NCBI GenBank assembly: GCA_046293555.1
Contig: JBKBOT010000032.1
Location: 1 to 19,247 of the forward strand
DNA from: Pyrobaculum sp.
Lineage (GTDB): Archaea > Thermoproteota > Thermoprotei > Thermoproteales > Thermoproteaceae
DNA: 19,247 nucleotides
Reading direction: 5' to 3'
Shown: positions 14,990 to 19,247 of the stretch, one piece after another
Numbering within the stretch: position 1 is the first letter of the stretch
How the letters are laid out: each line of letters starts with the position of its first letter
Program-made: the position numbers and the translations under genes
Notes under the pieces: generated by a model
Database searches by the model: none
Seen by the model: the letters and a program-made list of their open reading frames with translations, nothing else
Told to the model about the DNA's origin: nothing

Positions 14990-16944
14990 ATGTATATGGA
15001 ACGTTGTTTAGACAAGACATCTTCGCCGTTTGTGTTAGAGGGGTTGAGGAGTAAGGTGAGGTGGTGGGCTTGGTGTCCCGAGGCTTTTGTGAAGGCGAGG
15101 CGGGAGGACAAGCCGGTGTTGGTAGACGTAGGCGCCGTGTGGTGTCACTGGTGTCACGTCATGGATGAGACTACCTACGACGACGGCGAGGTGGCAGAAG
15201 TGATAAACCAGTTTTTTGTGCCGATAAAGGTGGATAGAGACGAGCGGCCCGATATAGACAGGCGGCTACAGGAGGCTGCCGCCGCCTTGTCTGGACAGGC
15301 GGGGTGGCCTCTCACAGTCTTCATGACGCCAGATGGCGAGGTGATATGGGCGGCTACATATCTCCCGCCGAGGGGGCAATACGGCCTCCCCGGCATGGCG
15401 TCTGTCCTCAAGGCCGTGTTGACCGCCTATAGAGAGAGGCGGGGCCAAATCAGGCTTCTAAACGACGACTTGACTAGAGAGCTCTCCAGTTGGCACAGCC
15501 CCCACCCCGGCGAGGCGGATAGAGGCGTGCAGCTAGACGTCTTGGCCCAACTTGCCTCGGCTTTTGACGACGAGTTTGGGGGGTTTGGAGATGCGCCTAA
15601 GTTCCCGCCGGTGACGCCGCTTGACCTTCTGCTCCTTAGATATTTCTACGACGGGAGGTATAGGGTCATGTTGGAGAAAACTCTCTCAGCCATGGCGCTT
15701 GGCGGCGTTTACGACCAGGTGGGGGGCGGCTTCTTTAGGTACTCCACAGACAGGATGTGGGCTGTGCCACATTACGAAAAGCTGTTGGTAGACAACGGGG
15801 AACTTTTATCCATATACGCCCGGGCCTACGCCCTCCTTGGCCGCAGCCTCTATAGAGAGACTGCGGCGGGCGTGGTGAATTGGCTAGACGAATTTATGCG
15901 CGACCCGGCTGGGGGGTATTACGCCAGCCAGATGTAGACGGCGAGGAGGGGGCGTACTACCTCTGGAGTATAGACGAGGTGAGAGAGGCGGCGGGAGATC
16001 TGGCGGAGAGGGCCGTAGAGCGCTTTGGCTTAAAACCCGGGGAGAAAACTAACCTAAGGGTGGTGAAAGAGGGCGATTTGGGTGAGATAAGGAGGAGGCT
16101 GCTAGAGGCTAGGCGGAGGTGGAGAAAGCCGCCCCGTGTAGACCCCACGGTCTACACGGGGTGGAGTTGCGCAATGGCTAGGGCGGAGCTAGAGGCCTCG
16201 CGGCTGGCGGGGGTGGGGAATAGGGAACACGCCCTGGCCACCTTGGAGAGGGTACGTAGAGAGTTTTGGGACGGGGGTGGGCTTGTCCACGGCGTGAGAG
16301 GCGGCAGAAGGCTTGAAAGCGGCGTGTTGGAGGACTACGCCTATTGTATACTGGCGGCGCTGGAGGCGCAGCCCCACAGGCCTGACATGTTGGACTGGGC
16401 CGTAGCTCTGGGGGAGGTCATGGTGGGCAGGTTTCTAGACTCAGGCGGCTTTAGAGACGTAGAGCGGCCAGACCCCCTCTTAGCTAGGCCCCACTACCCG
16501 GTGACAGACACGCCTAACTATTCGGGCAACGCCCTGGCGACAATGGCGGCAGCCTTGTTGCATTACGTCACTGGGGTCCAGAAGTTCAGAGAGGCCGCGG
16601 GGGCGGCGCTACGGGCCAACATGGGCAAGTTGGCTAGGCTAGGCCCCGCGGCGGCGGGCTTGGCCATAGCGGTGGACATATATCTGGCAGAGCCGCCGCG
16701 TACTGTAGTGGCCGGCGAGGCGCCGGAGTTGCTGGCGGCTGCTCTCTCGGCCTACAGGCCGTTTCACGTGGTGCTGTATGTAAAAGACAGCTGGAGATAT
16801 CCAGACAACGCCGCCATGTTGGCTCAAAGACATGCGGCATATGTCTGCGCCTGGGGCGGCTGTAGCATGCCTATAAGAGACGTGGAGACGTTAAGAAAGG
16901 TGGTGACCCAGTTTAGAAGAGAGGCTTACGTCCTGGAGGCTTAA
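14990..16944 (+). pseudogene. YyaL/SSP411 (DUF255) thioredoxin-domain protein, frameshifted near 15930
   Basis: WCHWCHVM, IKVDRDERPDID, GWPLTVF, GGFGDAPKFP and VPHYEKL in the first ORF; DGEEGAYYLWS and LEDYAY in the second. The family motif YASQDAD.xGEEG is broken at AGC-CAG-ATG-TAG. Confidence 0.85.
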
Positions 16945-17564
16945 AAAGAGGTCTTTCTCCCCCCCATCGCCCTCCCCCCCGCCGTGTTGAAGTCAAGCCT
17001 CTCCTCCCTCCAGGGGTCTGCGTTTAGAGAGTAGCCGTATATCTCCCAGTAGCCCGGAAGTGGGTCTTGTAGCACCTCGACGCCGCCGAAGTACTTGACG
17101 CTCTTCCAGCCGTATCTAGTGGGTACCACCAGCCTCGCCGGCGCCCCGTGTTTTTCTGGCAGAGGTTGGCCGCCTATAGCCCAAGCCACTATGGTGGAAT
17201 CCTCCATAAGGGCCTCGGTAGGCAAGGAGGCGCTGTAGCCGTCTATCCCCCACGCCAGGGCGTAGGGGCCGTAGGGCCTGGCCTCTTCTAGCAACGCCTT
17301 TGTCTGAACGCCGCGCCACACCACCCGTTCTATAGACCAGCCGGTTACGCAGTGAAACGGCGCGATGACGTCCACGCATTGGAACCTCTTGGCGAGTTCT
17401 CTCATGGGGACCTCCAGCGGCTTTTCTACCATCCCAGCGATCTTGATGACGTGGTTTTCAAAGGCGGCTTTAGGCCTCTCGAAGACGTCATATACCACAA
17501 AGCGATGGGCTTTGACCTGGTTGGGGGGCCACGGCCTCTCTACCTTAATCTCCACACAGTCCAC
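16941..17564 (-). CDS. Molybdopterin-dependent oxidoreductase, sulfite-oxidase/MsrP-like Moco domain only (likely start GTG 17564)
   Basis: FHCVTGWS (Mo-ligand Cys), WRGV, HGAPARLVVP.RYGWKSVKY and GYWE..GY motifs. A TATA-like TATATAAA on the minus strand near 17591-17584 favours GTG 17564 over 17603. Confidence 0.88.
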   Translation of the reverse strand: MDCVEIKVERPWPPNQVKAHRFVVYDVFERPKAAFENHVIKIAGMVEKPLEVPMRELAKRFQCVDVIAPFHCVTGWSIERVVWRGVQTKALLEEARPYGPYALAWGIDGYSASLPTEALMEDSTIVAWAIGGQPLPEKHGAPARLVVPTRYGWKSVKYFGGVEVLQDPLPGYWEIYGYSLNADPWREERLDFNTAGGRAMGGRKTSF

Positions 17565-17640
17565 AAACGCCCCCCGATGGGTGTTTATATACTTATACAT
17601 CATTATATAAAAACTTATAAATTCATATCAAGATGTAGAT

Positions 17641-18117
17641 ATGCCGCTCCCAATTGGCACAAAGGCGCCAGACTTCGAGCTACTTAACGAGGAGTTAAAA
17701 CCAGTGAGGCTATCTGACGTGTTGAATAGAGGCAGGCCTGTGGTGTTGTTGTTCTTCCCTGGGGCATTCACCTCGGTGTGTACTAAAGAGCTATGTACCT
17801 TTAGAGACAAGATGTCTCTATTAAATAGAGCCAACGCAGAGGTGATCGCCATATCTGTAGACAGCCCCTTTGCGTTAAAAGCCTTCAAGGAGGCAAACCG
17901 TCTAAACTTCCAGCTACTTTCTGACTACAACCGCACCGTCATCGGCCAATACGACGTGGTACAGGCAAACCTCTTAGGCCTCCCGCTATATCACCTAGCC
18001 AAGAGGGCTGTATATATAATAGACAGGGGGGGTGTCATCAGATATGTCTGGCACAGCGACGACCCCAGAAACGAGCCGCCATATGACGAGGTGATCAAAG
18101 AGGTGGAAAAACTATAA
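17641..18117 (+). CDS. Peroxiredoxin, BCP/PrxQ-like
   Basis: APDFEL, FFPGAFTSVCTKELC (PxxxTxxC with a second Cys five residues later), ISVDS, LLSD, KRAVYIID. Confidence 0.93.
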   Translation: MPLPIGTKAPDFELLNEELKPVRLSDVLNRGRPVVLLFFPGAFTSVCTKELCTFRDKMSLLNRANAEVIAISVDSPFALKAFKEANRLNFQLLSDYNRTVIGQYDVVQANLLGLPLYHLAKRAVYIIDRGGVIRYVWHSDDPRNEPPYDEVIKEVEKL

Positions 18118-18140
18118 AAAACCCCCCACATTTTTTCGTT

Positions 18141-18929
18141 ATGGAGGTGGTATATAGGTATCTAGAGGGCACTCCACTTGTTACCATATATGTCTTTGAT
18201 GTAGGTGGCGTTAGGGTGGCTGTAGATCCGGGGCCTTCTTCATTACATCAGCCACTTGATGTCGACATAGTTCTCTGTACGCATTTACATCTAGACCACT
18301 GCGGCTCGGCTGGTTTTTTCAAGACTGTTTACGCGCATGAGAGATATATAGCCCACCTACAGGACCCCACACGGCTGTATGAATCAAGCAAGGCGGTATT
18401 AGGCATTTTTGCAGAAAAATTCGGCAAGCCGCAGCCTGTAGGTGAGGTGAAGGCAGTGTCAGATAGACAGAGGCTGCTAGACGCCATAGAGGCAATACAT
18501 ACGCCAGGCCACGCCCCACATCACGTCATGTATTACCACAGAGATACAAAGACGCTATTTGTAGGCGACGGGGGTGGGGTGTATATACCGGAGTTAAAGG
18601 CGGTGATACCCACCACGCCGCCGGTATTTAGGCTTGATATGTATCTAGCCTCTCTTGAGAAGATTAGAGGTCTCGGCGTGGGGGAGCTCTGTTATCCACA
18701 CTACACATGTACTACAAATGTGGAGCTGTTGGACATACATAGAGAACAGGTTAGGAGCTGGGTTGAGGCGTTGGGGGAGGCTTCTGGCGTTGAGGACGGC
18801 CTTGGGAGGTTGAAGAAAGAAGACGAAAACGTGGCTAAGGTGCTTGAAGTAGGTGGACTCTATCTCGAGTTCTACCTAAAGTTAAGCGTGGTGGGCTTTC
18901 TCGACTACATACGCCGTGTTAGACCTTAG
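18141..18929 (+). CDS. MBL-fold metallo-hydrolase, copy 1
   Basis: VDPGP, THLHLDHCG, HTPGHAPHH, LFVGD and YPHY motifs. Confidence 0.92.
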   Translation: MEVVYRYLEGTPLVTIYVFDVGGVRVAVDPGPSSLHQPLDVDIVLCTHLHLDHCGSAGFFKTVYAHERYIAHLQDPTRLYESSKAVLGIFAEKFGKPQPVGEVKAVSDRQRLLDAIEAIHTPGHAPHHVMYYHRDTKTLFVGDGGGVYIPELKAVIPTTPPVFRLDMYLASLEKIRGLGVGELCYPHYTCTTNVELLDIHREQVRSWVEALGEASGVEDGLGRLKKEDENVAKVLEVGGLYLEFYLKLSVVGFLDYIRRVRP

Positions 18930-18970
18930 CTCTCTGATCGAAAGGAGCGCCCCCTCTGGGTGACGCGGCA

Positions 18971-19019
18971 CCAGAAACAAGCCGCCATACGACGGGGTGA
19001 GAGGTGGAAAAACTATAAA
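18971..19019 (+). repeat. Degenerate copy of the peroxiredoxin 3' end (18065-18118)
   Basis: CCAGAAACAAGCCGCCATACGACGGGGTGA-GAGGTGGAAAAACTATAAA versus CCAGAAACGAGCCGCCATATGACGAGGTGA-TCAAA-GAGGTGGAAAAACTATAAA: three substitutions and a 5-nt deletion. Confidence 0.9.
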
Positions 19020-19038
19020 CCTTTATTTCTATTACTGT

Positions 19039-19247
19039 GTGGAGGTGGTGTATAGGCACCTAGATGGCGCCCCTCTTGTCACAATCTACGTCTTTGACGT
19101 GAGTGGCGTTAAGGTGGCCGTCGACCCTGGCCCCTCCTCGCTCCACAAGCCGCTCGGCGCCGATGTGGCCCTCTGTACGCATTTACATCTAGACCACTGC
19201 GGCTCGGCTGGTTTTTTCAAGACTGTTTACGCGCATGAGAGATATAT
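19039..19247 (+). CDS. MBL-fold metallo-hydrolase, copy 2 (partial, runs off the window)
   Basis: GTG start; MEVVYRHLDGAPLVTIYVFDVSGVKVAVDPGPSSLHKPLGADVALCTHLHLDHCGSAGFFKTVYAHERY; colinear with copy 1 at an 898-nt offset. Confidence 0.9.
   Translation, partial: MEVVYRHLDGAPLVTIYVFDVSGVKVAVDPGPSSLHKPLGADVALCTHLHLDHCGSAGFFKTVYAHERY

Noticed and set aside
697-18519. Numerous alternative-frame and antisense ORFs in the track (e.g. 2592..3161, 5708..6172, 7484..7921, 9548..9940)
   Set aside because: They overlap well-supported genes and have shadow-ORF composition without motifs.
1-19247. CRISPR array, transposase or defence system
   Set aside because: No regularly spaced repeats and no cas, transposase or nuclease-type defence motifs were seen.

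Overview
Compact, gene-dense archaeal DNA, most consistent with Pyrobaculum/Thermoproteaceae (leaderless genes with TATA boxes about 26-28 nt upstream, a tRNA with encoded CCA, a multicopper oxidase closely resembling P. aerophilum McoP as I recall it). Gene order: tRNA-Ala(CGC); a NarI/DsrM-type cytochrome b; a hypothetical protein; tusA; a stand-alone Cdc48-N-domain-like protein; a disrupted multicopper oxidase divergent from a membrane-anchored wHTH protein; a metallophosphoesterase / CobY-ParB(SerK-like) fusion / SDR operon; thi4 plus a TRASH-like protein; a class III CoA transferase; a second membrane-anchored wHTH protein; an AmmeMemoRadiSam radical SAM enzyme; a copper cluster (2Fe-2S CopZ, frameshifted Met/Trp/Gly-rich membrane protein, YHS/TRASH chaperone missed by the ORF track, CopA); a frameshifted YyaL; a Moco oxidoreductase; a peroxiredoxin; and a tandemly duplicated, mosaic MBL hydrolase. 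Best candidates for new biology: (1) a putative transmembrane one-component copper sensor with a TGTAAC/GTTACA operator at identical spacing before two copper-related genes 8 kb apart; (2) a CobY guanylyltransferase fused to a SerK/SbnI-like kinase domain; (3) an ATPase-less Cdc48 N-domain protein. All family calls come from motif recognition and remembered sequences, not from database searches.
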